The position numbers and the translations under genes are program-made. A stretch of DNA of 63,632 nt, filler included, from Reticulomyxa filosa (taxonomy: Eukaryota; Protista; Foraminifera): assembly GCA_000512085.1 (NCBI GenBank). It is 18 parts of 18 records of this genome, joined end to end, with 100 filler letters (N's around TTAATTAATTAA, not from the genome) between each part and the next. Parts side by side here need not be neighbours in the genome. Positions count along the whole stretch, not along the records: positions 24,560 to 26,877 come from ASPP01015566.1; positions 26,978 to 30,366 come from ASPP01039522.1; positions 30,467 to 32,656 come from ASPP01006721.1; positions 32,757 to 43,458 come from ASPP01005882.1; 14 more parts are not named here. The stretch is one strand, 5' to 3'. This document shows, in pieces, positions 25,265-37,630 of the stretch. The notes under the pieces were generated by a model. It was not told where the DNA came from and made no database searches. It saw only the letters and a program-made list of their open reading frames with translations. How positions within the stretch are numbered: position 1 is the first letter of the stretch; every line of letters starts with the position of its first letter.

Positions 25265-26863
25265 CATTATATAAATATACATATATGTATATATGTATAT
25301 TTATATAATTGATTGTGATGACAACACAAAACAGTTTTATTTTGTTTCAAGTGGCTTTCAATTTGTGATTCCAATTGCGATTTTGCAGTCGAAAATTCCT
25401 CTTTGTTGGTTTTCATTTCCTCATTCAATTGCATCTTTTCTGCTGTCAATTCCTCAATTTTGTTGTCTTTTGCCTTAATTGTTTCTCCCATCTCCCCAAC
25501 TGTCTTTGTCATCTTTTTTTTTTTTTTTTAAAAAAAAAAATTCATATCCACGTATTATGCACAATTGTAGTGTTTTAATGTGTCACACAAGAGAACTTGA
25601 TCAATGCGATCATTTCGACTTGTGAGCTGTTGTTTGAGTGTCTCGTTTTCGAGTTTCATTTTTTCGAGCTGTTTTTGCAAATCGCCAATTGTACTTTTGT
25701 CAAGTGCCGAACGATCATCTTGCTCAGCAACTTTATTTTCCAGCTTTATTCATTTATTTTTATATTTTGTTTATTTTTTGCACTATCGTGACATGACTGT
25801 CAGTTGCAAAAAAAAAAAAAAAAAAAAAACGTAGTTTGTCCGAAAATGGACAACACAATTGAAACAAATGAAAAAACTTGAGTTTTGAGTTTTTCCAAGG
25901 AATCGACAGTTTCTGAGAGTCTTTCCACTTTGTTTTCAAACTCCAATTTCGTCCCTGCAAATTGCAGCTTCATTTGATCAATGTTGCTATTTAACTCCTC
26001 AATCGTCTTCTTTCGGCTCGATGATTGCTGTTCTAATTTTTCCACGCTTTGTTCCAACTTTGAGTATTGCGTTACATTATATTGCATTGCATTATATTGT
26101 ATTATATTGTATTATTGTAAGTGAATAGATTTTTTATGGACATGCACGAAAGAATTGGATAGGAAGAGGAAGAGACCAACACGTTCAAAACTCTACCAAG
26201 CGACAATGAAAATAGACACGAGACAAAAGACAAACCTTTAATTTTTCGGTTTCCAAAGAGCCAATTTGCGATTTGAAGTCCGTGGCTTGCTTTTGGCAAA
26301 CAATTTTTTGTTCGGCCATTTCCTCTTTCAATGTGTCCATGTGTTTGTTTAAATTGAAGACAGTTTGTTTTTGTGTTTCAAATTGTTTCTCCGATTCACT
26401 TACTTTCTCATTTAACTTTTTTTTTTTTTTTTGGAAAAATATATTATTATTTGGATATTATTATTGTTATTGCCATTGGTCATTTTTTTTTTTTTTGGAC
26501 ACTCATAGATGCGAGTGCAAAAAAAAAAAAAAATTATGTACATATAAATAAATAGATTTGGAGCGAAACTCTTTCAATAATTTGCTTGTCAGCGCCACTT
26601 TTTTGGTTTAGCAAATTCTCGACATTTTGTAACTCTTTAGTCAAACGAGTTTTCTCTTGGCTCAATGTGTCGGCTTGTGTAGACAAAGTTTTGACGCGGT
26701 CATTGGCCTCTTTCAATTGTCTTTTCATCGCTACATTGTCTTCTTGTACGGGCTGCAATGAGAGTTGCAATTTTTGCAATTCAAACGATTGCTCTTTGCA
26801 TTGCACCTTCAGAGTCTCTCTCTCTTTTTCCCACTCCGTTATTACATCTTCTTTTTCACTCAA
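24677..26863 (-). CDS. Long coiled-coil protein, multi-exon, 5' truncated
   Basis: Heptad-rich E/K/Q/L exons (26534-26863, about 26270-26410, 25800-26087, about 25610-25745, 25267-25512, 24677-25190) separated by homopolymer-rich introns. Confidence 0.75.
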
Positions 26864-27772
26864 CTTTTTTTTTTTTTNNNNNNNNNNNNNNNNNNNNNNN
26901 NNNNNNNNNNNNNNNNNNNNNTTAATTAATTAANNNNNNNNNNNNNNNNNNNNNNNNNNNNNNNNNNNNNNNNNNNNGTCGAAAACAGTGACTAACCTTT
27001 TCTTACTGACAAAAAACTTCCTAAATAATGCTTTTTTGCATTATTTACATCCAGGAATAAGATAAATTTATTTGGCAGAATGGTTTTGCGTCATTTTGTC
27101 ATTTAGGACGCTTAAAAAAAGGGTGTCCAATTTAAAACCGAGCGTGTTCTCTAACTACTTAAGCCTACTTTTATATTATGAGCGTGATAAAGAAAAGTAA
27201 TGAGTAACCGGTTTTCAATTATATACTCGCTTATGTTTAGAATTATGTTTTTGTGTACAATCTTCCAAACATGATGTACATTACCTTGTTCATTAATAAC
27301 TCGCTAGTATCGATCACATTACAACACACGTGAAGAAGACGAGCGCACTTTTCACTTGTTAAAAGCATTTTACAAGATATGTTAAAAATCATTTGCAAAT
27401 TGATAGTGAAAATGGCTGGTTCTCCAATTTATCTTTTTAAACTTTATTGAGTCTATCTTTGTGAAAAGTGGCTGAAAAGCAATAGAACTAATTCTCAGTA
27501 ATCTTTCTTCATATCCTAAAAATGTTTTATTGTTGTTCATGTGAGTGATTATTATTCATTTGTTTCTGCTCATGTGATCATATTCAAGTCAAAAATTTGA
27601 ATGCTGCATCTTAAGATCTTAAAGAAAAAATGCATATTGTGACATGACAAAATCACGATTTCTGTATTTAAATGTTGTTAGTTAATTACTTTGACTTAAA
27701 ATTCCACACGAAATTGTATTGAAAGGACAAGCGTACAAAATAGCATCAACTTGATTGTTTTTTTTATGTATC

Positions 27773-28200
27773 TTAAGGATAGCTATCAATCAGATAAGAA
27801 GGTAGAAAAGCTTGTATGTCCTTTCAGTCAACATAAGGACCATACTTGCACAACACTTCCAGAAAGTGCAAAGCTTTTCTGGCTTCATGGGGCGCTTGAG
27901 GTAATTTTGCATTGGTTTGACTTTTTGTGTGCGATCTTACATATTGACAAAGTAACGAAATGAATTGTTGAGTGTGGGTTGGATGGAATTGTTTTAACAG
28001 CGTTAATACTCCAATAACCAATGCAGTTCCATCCAATACTTCTTTGCCTTTGTTTGATACTAAAGCCAATGTATCTATACCGATTTGTGGTTCAATTATT
28101 GATATGTGTTATTGGCAGCTGATTGGTTGGTACAATTTAGTAAATATATGTTCACAAAACTGAATTCAGGGAACCATTGAAGCGTTTCAACACAAATACG
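27773..28200 (-). pseudogene. WASHC5: Strumpellin (WASH complex subunit 5) C-terminal fragment, pseudogene
   Basis: DGTALVIGVLTLLKQFHPTHTQQFISLLCQYVRS matches the strumpellin C-terminus. In-frame TGA at 27824-27826, after which the homologous tail continues (KDIQAFLPSYLIDSYP*). No upstream strumpellin exons visible in the contig. Confidence 0.72.
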
Positions 28201-29099
28201 ATATGTTTTATTTATAAAAATTATAAAATGTGTTATTCACGTGCTCGAATCAGTACATACAATTACATTTTAAAATTTATCTATTTAGTGTGAATATAAC
28301 AAATTATTGTATAAGAATTACATTTAATCTTTATTTATTTTTTTTAATATTAGTCAAGACTGTATAAATAAATGTAAGCACATATTTACTTTTTATTTTA
28401 TATTCAATGACACTTCTTTTTTGAAAAAAATTGAAAAATTGAAATTATTTCTGGAATTACTTATTTAACAAAAGTGAAATGATGTCTCAATAAAAAAATA
28501 TAGTTGTAATTTTTTCGATATGCTCTTTTGTTATGTTAACAGCAAGACTATAAAAACTGATTGAAATAAAAATTTGTTTGATATAGGTAATAAGACAAAC
28601 AATAAATGACAAATTTTTTTGCTCGATTTTCTATCATTTTCTTTACTAACGAAAGCGCAATGAAGTTTCACATAATTCTCTCAATTTAGGAATTTTTGAC
28701 ACGAATTAGCATGAGACAAAATGTACAAATATTGTTTAGTTTTGAAATACAAATTATTTCATATCATACACATTGTCTTTGTATTTATCCGAATTTCAAA
28801 TTTTAAAAAGTTTTTCACAAAATTTAATTGAAAAATTTAGTTAAATCTTATCGTTGTGCTATAATATTCTTGAAAAGTGTTATTTATGTGATATAATCAG
28901 TACATATGATTAAATGTCAAAATAAATTTTATCGTGTGAAAATGTATTCAATTGTTGCCCAAGCTAAGTGTATTCTATTTACATATATATTTTTAATATT
29001 AATCATAATGTACTTGCTACAAAAATAATAAACATTTCATTTCACATTCACAATAATTCTTTTTTAAATTTTTACACAATATTTTATTCCTTTTGTTTA

Positions 29100-30366
29100 T
29101 CTTATAGAATTGTCCAGTGTATCGATGATAAGAAAATCTTGCTTTTCCAGTTCCCAATCAAACAAATCCGCATTCATTTTGATTTTATTGACGTTTTTAG
29201 ATCGTGGCAACACGCCCATATTTTTTTGTAACCCCTACTTTAAAACAATTTGTCACACTTTTTTGGTATTTTTTGCTCAAAGCAATGATTTGTTTGTTTT
29301 TTAAAACTGGATTGTCTCCATCATCACGGAGCATTTCATGTTGAGTTCTCAATATGGAATACGCTTGATAAACAATTCCCAAATGTTGGCAAATGAGTAA
29401 TACATGATCGTTGTGATGAAGTGGGTCATACTAATTTTGAACAACCGACACAGGGACGTCAGTTTATTCCAACAATTCAATAACATATCCAATTGTTGTT
29501 CATTTAATTTCATTGATATCACACAAAATAAGTCTTCACACGTTCAATGATATCTCTTAAAAAATCGTTTGTAACATTGAACAACAACATGTAATAATTT
29601 CAATCGATCCCCATCAAGTGTATTAAACTTTTGAATTATTTTAATTTGATCGATTATACACAAGTGGATATCTGGATGATTCAAAACATATTGAAAATTG
29701 GGTAAATGCGATGCTGTCACTTTATTCAATGGTCTGTCAAGACGTTCAATATAGTTATAAGCTCTTGGAATGTGATAAATGTTTTGATTTTGATTCTTGT
29801 CCTTGAACAAATCCAAATAAATTAATTCGAGACCATTGAGATATCACTGAAATACTGGTTGAATTTCACAAGAAATGATTGCTTGTCTACATTTTAATCA
29901 TTCCCATGTAATTTCATTTCAAACTTATTCAATATCTTGTTATCATTTAATTTTTTATTCAATTTCATAAATTTTTCAACAAATATCTTATACAATTTTG
30001 AAAGAGTCATTTCATTCCATTTATCATCATTTGATTTATCTTGTCTTGACAAATATTTTTGAAATAATTATTTTGAATATCTTGTAATTGGAATTCAATG
30101 ACATTCAACAAATTGCTAAAAATACAATGTTGCAACCATGATTTTAGGTTTGTATTTATCTATATAATAATAACAATCCATTCATTGAATTAATAATGCA
30201 TTTGGTGTCATTTATATTCCATTGATAATGATTGATCATAAGTATTCAATATAATCATTACTTTCATTTTTCTTTTGATCACCACTATTGTCGTTTAATA
30301 CGATTAAAAAAACATTGATAACTTTTCTCAAAGGGATGAAATTGATGATTCCATATTTGATAATTT
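29100..30366 (-). pseudogene. Decayed gene carrying a HEAT/ARM-like 'ISMKLNEQQLD' repeat
   Basis: Short broken ORFs; CEDLFCVISMKLNEQQLD near 29490-29540; multiple stops and frameshifts. Confidence 0.45.
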
Positions 30367-30523
30367 NNNNNNNNNNNNNNNNNNNNNNNNNNNNNNNNNN
30401 NNNNNNNNNNTTAATTAATTAANNNNNNNNNNNNNNNNNNNNNNNNNNNNNNNNNNNNNNNNNNNNCCTTAACTTGACGCGTATGGCAGATTAGACTCTC
30501 TCAATTTATTTGCATTTAGCTAC

Positions 30524-31254
30524 TTATAAAGTATATCTCAGACCTAGTAAAATATTATGATCTTTAGATCTTAGAGATGTCTTATTATTTATATCTGTGT
30601 AAGGCCTAACACGTTTTTGTATCTCATAAGGAGACCGCCAATTGGCAGTCTTAATGGTTGCATCATTCTTACCATAATCATTGAATCTATACCCTATATC
30701 AAGTTTCGTATTTTTACTTATATTAAATGATATACCAGCTGTGAGGTTATAAGCAAAATTTGTCGATGCTTTTCCGTAAGTATGCGATGTTACACCGTCT
30801 TTACCAACATATTTACCTGCTAAAGGATTGATCTCTGCACATCCAATACCTCCTCCAGCATAAATTGCTATATTGTTAGAAATTGGCATATCATTATATA
30901 GATTAGCCATAAAAGATTGTACTTTAAAAGTTTGTTTATATCCTCCTTGAGGAGTAGGTTGGCTATACTTTAAACCATCTACGCGGGTATAAGTTGCGTC
31001 AATTCTAAAATTAAGAGGTAATGTATGTCCCAAACCAATTCCATATATAAAATGATTTTTTACCTTTCCTTTTTTGTCCAAGTAGAGATAATATGATGTT
31101 GAATATCTCTTGATACATGAGGTTTATTCACATGCATCCCTATACCCATCTCTACTTTTACATACGGAGCACTGTTGCCAGCAACAGCCAAATTACAACT
31201 TACTCCACATAAAATAGTTGCTATCGTTAATATTCTTTTCATATAATTACCCAC
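30524..31254 (-). pseudogene. Opacity/Msp2-Wsp-like 8-stranded outer-membrane beta-barrel, split by a frameshift near 31060-31090
   Basis: Signal peptide MKRILTIATILCGVSCNLAVA plus PYVKVEMG in one frame; YGIGLGH, FRIDATY, SFMANLYNDM, IYAGGGIG, FAYNLTAGISF, LDIGYRFNDYG and terminal HNILLGLRYTL in the next. Confidence 0.85.
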
Positions 31255-31274
31255 TTCTTTTAATTGTTTAACGT

Positions 31275-31955
31275 TTAGTATGTATTCATTATCTCTGTGA
31301 TAAGCTCATCAAAAGAGAGTACAGGAATAGATGCTAAGTATTCAATATCTGTAAGCTCCTTATTTGGTTGTAAACCTGTAATCTTTATAGACTCAATTTT
31401 AGAATCTTTCTCATTTATTATAGGGGCATTTTTTATATCTTTTATATCTTCGCTTTTCAAAAATTCACTCTCTTGAGGTTTTAGATGAATGAGTTCATCT
31501 CCATCAATCAATTTATCTAATTGATATAGTTCCAGTGATATTTTAGGTTTTATATCTAAATTCTGTACTGGCTCATCCGATAGCAAGCTGATTGTTTTAT
31601 CTAGAGGATTCGGTGCCTCATGACTCTCCGATAAGTCAAACTTAGCTGGATAAATCTTTATTTCTTTACTTCCATCTTTAAATTCAGAAACTTTTGATAT
31701 TATTTCTAACACAGTTTCAGCCGACTCTCCCTTGTAAGCTGGAGAGTCTTTAATCTCTCTTATTCTTTTTTCTTCTGTTTCTATTGCTATCCTTGCAGTA
31801 AGTGCTTTTATCTCTGCAGCAAGCCATTCTATCCTTGCACCAAGTGCTTCTGGGTTTTCATCAAGTGCTTCTATCCTTCCTATCTTTCTGCCAGCTTCTT
31901 CTCTTGTTTTTATTGTACTCGTACTCTTTTCTTTAATAACAAAATTTGCCATCAT
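31275..31955 (-). CDS. Hypothetical acidic bacterial protein
   Basis: 226-aa intronless ORF with GAGGTG ribosome-binding site; N-terminal coiled coil. Confidence 0.7.
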   Translation of the reverse strand: MMANFVIKEKSTSTIKTREEAGRKIGRIEALDENPEALGARIEWLAAEIKALTARIAIETEEKRIREIKDSPAYKGESAETVLEIISKVSEFKDGSKEIKIYPAKFDLSESHEAPNPLDKTISLLSDEPVQNLDIKPKISLELYQLDKLIDGDELIHLKPQESEFLKSEDIKDIKNAPIINEKDSKIESIKITGLQPNKELTDIEYLASIPVLSFDELITEIMNTY

Positions 31956-32081
31956 TCACCTCACATTTTTTAATGGTTTTACGCAATTAATTAAGTAAAG
32001 TCAATGGTCTATTTTTTAGAAATATTGCGTTAATTTATAGTTTTAGTTGTCTCTTTATAAGGTTAGAAGAAGGCTTTATAA

Positions 32082-32220
32082 GGTTCTGTCGCAAATGCAA
32101 ATTTGGCAAAAAATAAGTTTCAGTTTTAATGCAATATGTTAATGAAATTTAATGTTTTTTAAAAAAGCAAAGATATCTTGAGCACTTTAAACGCCGTTCA
32201 TTTTAATTTACGACAGAACC
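32082..32220. mobile_element. 139-bp MITE-like element with IS6-family-like terminal inverted repeats
   Basis: Left end GGTTCTGTCGCAAAT (32082-32096); right end reverse-complements to GGTTCTGTCGTAAAT (32206-32220), 14/15 identical. Resembles the IS257/IS1216 IR GGTTCTGTTGCAAA. No transposase and no clear target duplication. Confidence 0.65.
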
Positions 32221-32533
32221 AAGTTATCTGCATGGAAACAATTCTATGCTTTAGTAGGATAGTCCTGCCTAAAAACAACTGCTGGTCCTCCACCATTTTA
32301 TTTTCTGCCCTATCTTTACTTTTAATTCCAAAAGCTTTAAAGCTTTCGAAACTTCAGACATTTTGAATCTCTTTAAAAGTTTTTTTTATTGATTCTTCTA
32401 ATATTCCAAGTGCTATAGCTGCATCTATTACCTCTTGTTCTTTAGATAGCTCTTCTGTGAATTCAACTATCGTTGGTTTAGAGTTGATTAATCCTGTTTG
32501 ATCATCAAAATACTATTGATTTTCTTGTAACAT
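32221..32533 (-). pseudogene. Decayed bacterial ORF running into the MITE
   Basis: MLQENQ*YFDDQTGLINSKPTIVEFTEELSKEQEVIDAAIALGILEESIKKTFKEIQNV*SFESF... in one frame with two internal stops. Confidence 0.4.
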
Positions 32534-32756
32534 GAAAAATAATCCCTGTGATTTTTCTGCCTTCTTTTATTAACTGAAATGTCAGTATAAGGTTGGTTAA
32601 TATATTAATTTCTTCAATAGACTTCTTTCGAAACTCATAACTTCAGCTCCCAATTANNNNNNNNNNNNNNNNNNNNNNNNNNNNNNNNNNNNNNNNNNNN
32701 TTAATTAATTAANNNNNNNNNNNNNNNNNNNNNNNNNNNNNNNNNNNNNNNNNNNN

Positions 32757-34182
32757 GAAAAAGAGAAGATGATGAAAACGAGAATATACAAAATCTTTTT
32801 ATTGGTCGAAGCAAATGACTCGATGCCCGTTACTTCAATGGAATTATTCTTGACTTTGGAGAGAATCTATGAAAGCATGGACAACGCTCCAATTGTAACT
32901 GCAGCAGCATAGTAAACCTACGCACAAGCAAGAGAAAGTAAAGTAACTTCTTCCAGCACATCACACGCACGCATTCGATTGGCGACAGGACCTTCCACAG
33001 CTAATAGCATCATATCTTCGCCATTGTGTTTATGGCGCATAACGTTGAACTTGACATCATGTTCGCGGCGAATGTCTGACAAAACGGACCTTTTCAAGCG
33101 CAGCATCACGCGATGAGGCAAAAAGTAGATTGTCTCATTGGCAGCTGCTTGTGCAACAGCTTGCGACACTTGAGACCTCAATTGGAAAATTTCGCCATAC
33201 TTGCCCTCAAATCGTATGTGTGACGGGTTTTCATGATGGAACTGAATACGAGGATCTATTATTTCCACAAACAATGCAATTCCAAAACACACACGTTTTT
33301 ATATGTGTATCTCGATTGTGTAAGTTATTCGGATATATTGCTGTCAACCACAATCGAGTGTGTCAGCTGTAACCTTCAAACTGCGGTGCAATTTTTTTTT
33401 GGTAGCGCTCATCGACGTACAAATGGAAAGTCTATTCAAAGTACATTTATAATAATAAGCCGATATTTAACATTGTGCTGTCCCCCCCTCCCCCCTTTTT
33501 CTTTTCACATCTTTTTTTTTTTTTAGTAGTGATTTTCAACTCAACTGTAAAATATTTGTCCGGGATTCGATTCAGCGCTGTTTCAACTGCACGTTTTTCG
33601 TTCACCAATGAACGATCAATAGTGATCCCATTTTCGTACCCACTAGGTAACACACGCCAAAAAAAAAAAGAAAAATCGAAAAGAACGAAATACATAAAAA
33701 AAAAAAAAAAGTACCCTTTTTGTACGATGTAATTTTTCAATCGTTCGATCAATACTGTTCGTCCTCCATTTGTGGCAAGGTCACGACGCTCACATTCGGT
33801 TTTCAGCTCAGCTGTCTGTTGGTGTTATTTCCCCACAAAGGAAAAAAAAAAAAAAAGATAAACAAAAAATTAAAACTGGGAAAGTTCAACTTTTTCGTGG
33901 TGTTGTTTGCAAGAGAGAAAGAAAGAAACACAAAACGGTCAAGTCTTCTGGTGACACCCATCGAGGTTTGATTGAGGCATGGAAGTTCCTTTTTGTAACG
34001 ATGGCCAATGTCATGCAAGGCTGTGATGATGACACCCGCGCACTACTCGAGAGTGGCTTTTTTTGAGATTTTACAATAAACAATCTTATCGTATGTATTT
34101 TACGCTTTCCTTGGCACATGTATCTCTTGGCGTTTTTTGCAATTGATTTTCTTGCAAGATGAAGAGCTCGCAACGAAGCCAT
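32757..34182 (-). CDS. Putative mitochondrial SAP-domain protein with degenerate KH-like domain(s), 3' truncated
   Basis: R/K/S-rich acid-free leader ending KRNFHAS. Splicing 33816-33936 gives EDLTTAELKTECERRDLATNGGRTVLIERLKNY (SAP consensus). LSDIRREHDVKFNV..LAVEGPVANRMRACDVLEE resembles the C-terminal half of a KH domain. Confidence 0.65.
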
Positions 34183-34852
34183 TATCTAATACCAACCCGA
34201 AAATGCAGCCTGATAATGCGAATTTGCACACCAATGTGAACTCCAACAATTTAACTTCTTTTCCAACAAATAGGCAAAATTTTCCCTTTTCTTCAAGTAC
34301 ACCACCAAAATAGTTTACTTCGGTGACTACATTGTGATTTTAAGTTTTAAAATGAATTGAAATTCCTTATTTTCTTGTGGCAGCGAAAGCTAATGTAACG
34401 CTTCGCCAATAGATATTACAAATTTTTTTACTTTAATTTTAAAACTGCTTACACAAACTTTTTTTTTAGTAAAAATGAGCAAATAAATCTAATACACTAC
34501 TTTCGATAAACAATTTTTTAAAAAGAACACACAAAATAATTTCTCAAAGACTGCAACAAAAACAGCGAATAAAAAGGTTTAGAAAATGCTACACTCAATG
34601 TTAAGCATTTTATGTTTGGCTGTACTGTCAGAAAAAAAGTTCAAGCTTCATATCTCAAATTGCAGATTTCTGTGAAACAACGATGTAGATTTTTCTTCAA
34701 TCATTGACACTCGTTTCTTTGGCATTTGTGAGTTGTTTTTGGATTCATTTTTGTTCTCCGAGTAAGTCCTCAGAAACACCGACTTTTTTTCAACAGTAGA
34801 TCTTTGTTCCAATGACACTTCAATTTGCCTGATAAAAGAGACACAAAGATAT

Positions 34853-35990
34853 TTAAAAAAAAATTTTTGACATTGTTGAAAATGCTAGATTTGTTTGCAT
34901 TTGGTAAAAAATGCTTTGTGTATACAAAAAAGTACGTAAGTACATTTCATCGCTGTCCTCTCCTTCTTGAATCACTTCGTGATGCACAGAGCAATTTTTT
35001 TCTTCCCATTTGACCATTTGCCCCTGAAATACTTGGTTAATTAATGCTTCCAAGTCGATGTGAGTGTTCCAACTGTGGACGTATAAAAAAAAAGAAACGA
35101 GCATGTCCAATAGACCTGATAGAGAAAAGAGTAAGCATATAAAAACCAAGAATGGAAATGGAGAAAACAAACCCTTTTCCTTCTGATAGTGACGCGTGTA
35201 GGAAAATATCGTCCTCTTCTCTTTGCAGGTTTTGTTTTTCTGCATTTGACGGTTCAATCATCTCTGTGTTGCTATCAAAATCACACTTATTGGTCAGCGT
35301 TTCCAACATGCCTTCAAATTCGTTACACTGATCATTCCACAACTCGCGTTCTTTTTCATAACTGTAATAAGCAAATGCAATAACAATACGTATACAAATT
35401 TTTTTTTTTTTTTTTTTTGCTGTTGTCTTACAGATGTTGAGTTTTTTTTATCAGTTGAATAACTTTGCACAAACAACTGAAAACAGTTGGTTTTCTCTTT
35501 CCAATTGTGCAACTTTTGCCTGATGGCGAGCACAAATTTGATGATGATGGTGTTGGAGAGCAGTGAGGTCGTCGACCAGCTTTGCGTTTCTGGTTTCCAG
35601 TAATTGCACTTTGGCTTGCAGTCTCTCATTTTCTTGTTTTAAAAGCTGCATTGCGGTTCTATCATCTTTTTCGCATTGACAAGTTTGTCCATCCATTTCG
35701 GGAGATTGTCCGCATACATTTACACTATTACATGTGTTCCCGGAATAACACTCGCATGTATCTATAATTACTGATTTTTCTTTTTCCGATTCTTGTAGTC
35801 CTTCCACCTGTGGCGACAATGACGCGGCCAGACTTTCCAAAGGTACATTCGCTACGTCATGTTGTTGCTCTTGGGTATGCGATTGTTCTGAATATATTAT
35901 TCGCTTTGTTATACGTTTCTCTTCGAGTGTTTCCATCGTAGTTTTGCATGTTTGATTCACTTGTCTATCGCAATTGCTTCTGTATTCCAT
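34853..35990 (-). CDS. Hypothetical coiled-coil protein (spliced)
   Basis: LKQENERLQAKVQLLETRNAKL heptads; exons separated by poly-A/T introns; ends uncertain. Confidence 0.45.
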
Positions 35991-36958
35991 TCTCTCTGTC
36001 CAATTTCTACTGAGTTTCTATCCTCTCCCCACACATCATTCATTTTATATACACTTCTGACACTATTCGACATGATCCAAAATTATAGGTAATGCTGGAT
36101 GCACTTCTTAACTTTGTTTGGGATACTTTTTTGTGACTGAATTTCTAAATCAATTTTGGTGACATTACGTGTATTTTTCAATTTCTCTTCCACGACATTG
36201 TGTATTCTACTGTCGTTTTCTTTATTCTCCATGTCAAACAGAAACATTTAGATATAACTTGATCAATTGTTTGACAGTTCCGAGAGCAAAGAACAAGCCA
36301 AATATAAAAAAAAAGGGGTATGAAAATTTTGAGTAATACTTCCTTCTTAAAACTTGAATAGTTGTACAACACAGACCACTAAGATTTGGTAAAATTACTA
36401 CAATTTGTTGCACTAAATGAAAGATAACACAATGACTTAGTTCTAAAAACTTCACAAATATTTCTTTTTTGAAGTGACTATTTCAGTTCATTACTAAATT
36501 TTTTTAAAAAGAAAAATTTATAATAAAATGCAACAAAAAAAACCTAAAAATAATCACCGCATAATAAAGACACATAAAAATTTTAAGTATTTATTTTTTC
36601 AACAGTTATTTATAAATTTAACTAAGATATGCTCCAAATAGAAAAAGTTTTAATAGTGAAGAAATAATTATATGTGTGGGACGTCTGCTGATATTAGTCG
36701 TACACTAACTGTAATACGATAAGTGTTTACTAAGAAAAAATATTGATTTCGTAAAACGAAAGAAATTGAAATAATAAAATAAGATAGCAAAAGGAAAGTA
36801 AAGAAAAGCAAGAAAGTAAGAAGTAAGTTGTTGAGGAAGTTTAACCTACTGGGGATTCCTCCGTTCCCTTGACGTTCAGATAATTATAATAGGGACTTGC
36901 CCTGCACATGTACGGCTAATATCCTACTCATGGAATATTTTAAGACTAACACACGTTT

Positions 36959-37630
36959 TTGCAAAGTCGTGGCAACGTTCATGGGGACAGTGCTAGTGTT
37001 TACGTGTCAAAAATAAAAATTTACTTTTTGACTTGTTTCTTTGCTTTTTGTTATTTGTCAAGACGTGTGACCATAGTTCAAATCGACAATGATGTCTACA
37101 TGCAAGATGTTCCTCCGCTACATGTTTGCGTGAGTGACATTGTTGACATCAACACTGATGTTGTTGATTATTTAAACGATATTATTTCGACTCAATACAC
37201 TGATAACCCAATGGATTTGGACTATTTGTTCGTGGAAGCAAAAGTTTGAGCGACCTTAGGATCAGCAATAATCAGAAGAAAACAAAATTACAATATCAGA
37301 CTATTTCTATTAATTTTAAAGTGAACAATGTCTTATTTAATTTTACTAACTGTATGTTAGAAAAGCTACAAGACAGTTGTAAGTATAATTATATATATTT
37401 TTTATTTGTTCTTGTGCAAAAAAAATTTTTTTACTAGGAAGCAATTAGTTTTAAGAAAGAAGCTTTTCCAGTTGAATTTGCTAATGTGTGTTGACGGTCG
37501 AAAGAATAGCATCAATGATTTTAAACGCAAATCAGATGAAGATCATGACAAGGTCAACGAAGAATTTATTAAAGCTTTACAAGAGCGAGTTGAAGTTCTT
37601 CGCGATGCAATTAAAACGAAGAATGCATAG
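36959..37630 (+). CDS. Hypothetical protein (two probable exons)
   Basis: Protein-like ORFs 36959-37249 and 37406-37630; no recognised motif. Confidence 0.3.

Larger units (their letters stand above)
30467..32656. other. Bacterial contig (Alphaproteobacteria/Rickettsiales-like; symbiont or contaminant)
   Basis: Intronless, closely spaced co-oriented ORFs (20-bp gap), Shine-Dalgarno GAGGTG before 31952, a Gram-negative outer-membrane beta-barrel, an IS-like inverted repeat, and no long homopolymer introns. Confidence 0.85.

Noticed and set aside
30467-30489. CCTTAACTTGACGCGTATGG as the end of a bacterial repeat element
   Set aside because: Reminiscent of short dispersed repeats and at a contig break, but single copy and truncated, so unsupported here.
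36840-36940. snRNA or other ncRNA in a GC-richer intergenic patch
   Set aside because: No U1/U2/U4/U5/U6 hallmark motifs or tRNA cloverleaf recognised; no rRNA, tRNA or CRISPR array seen anywhere in the window.
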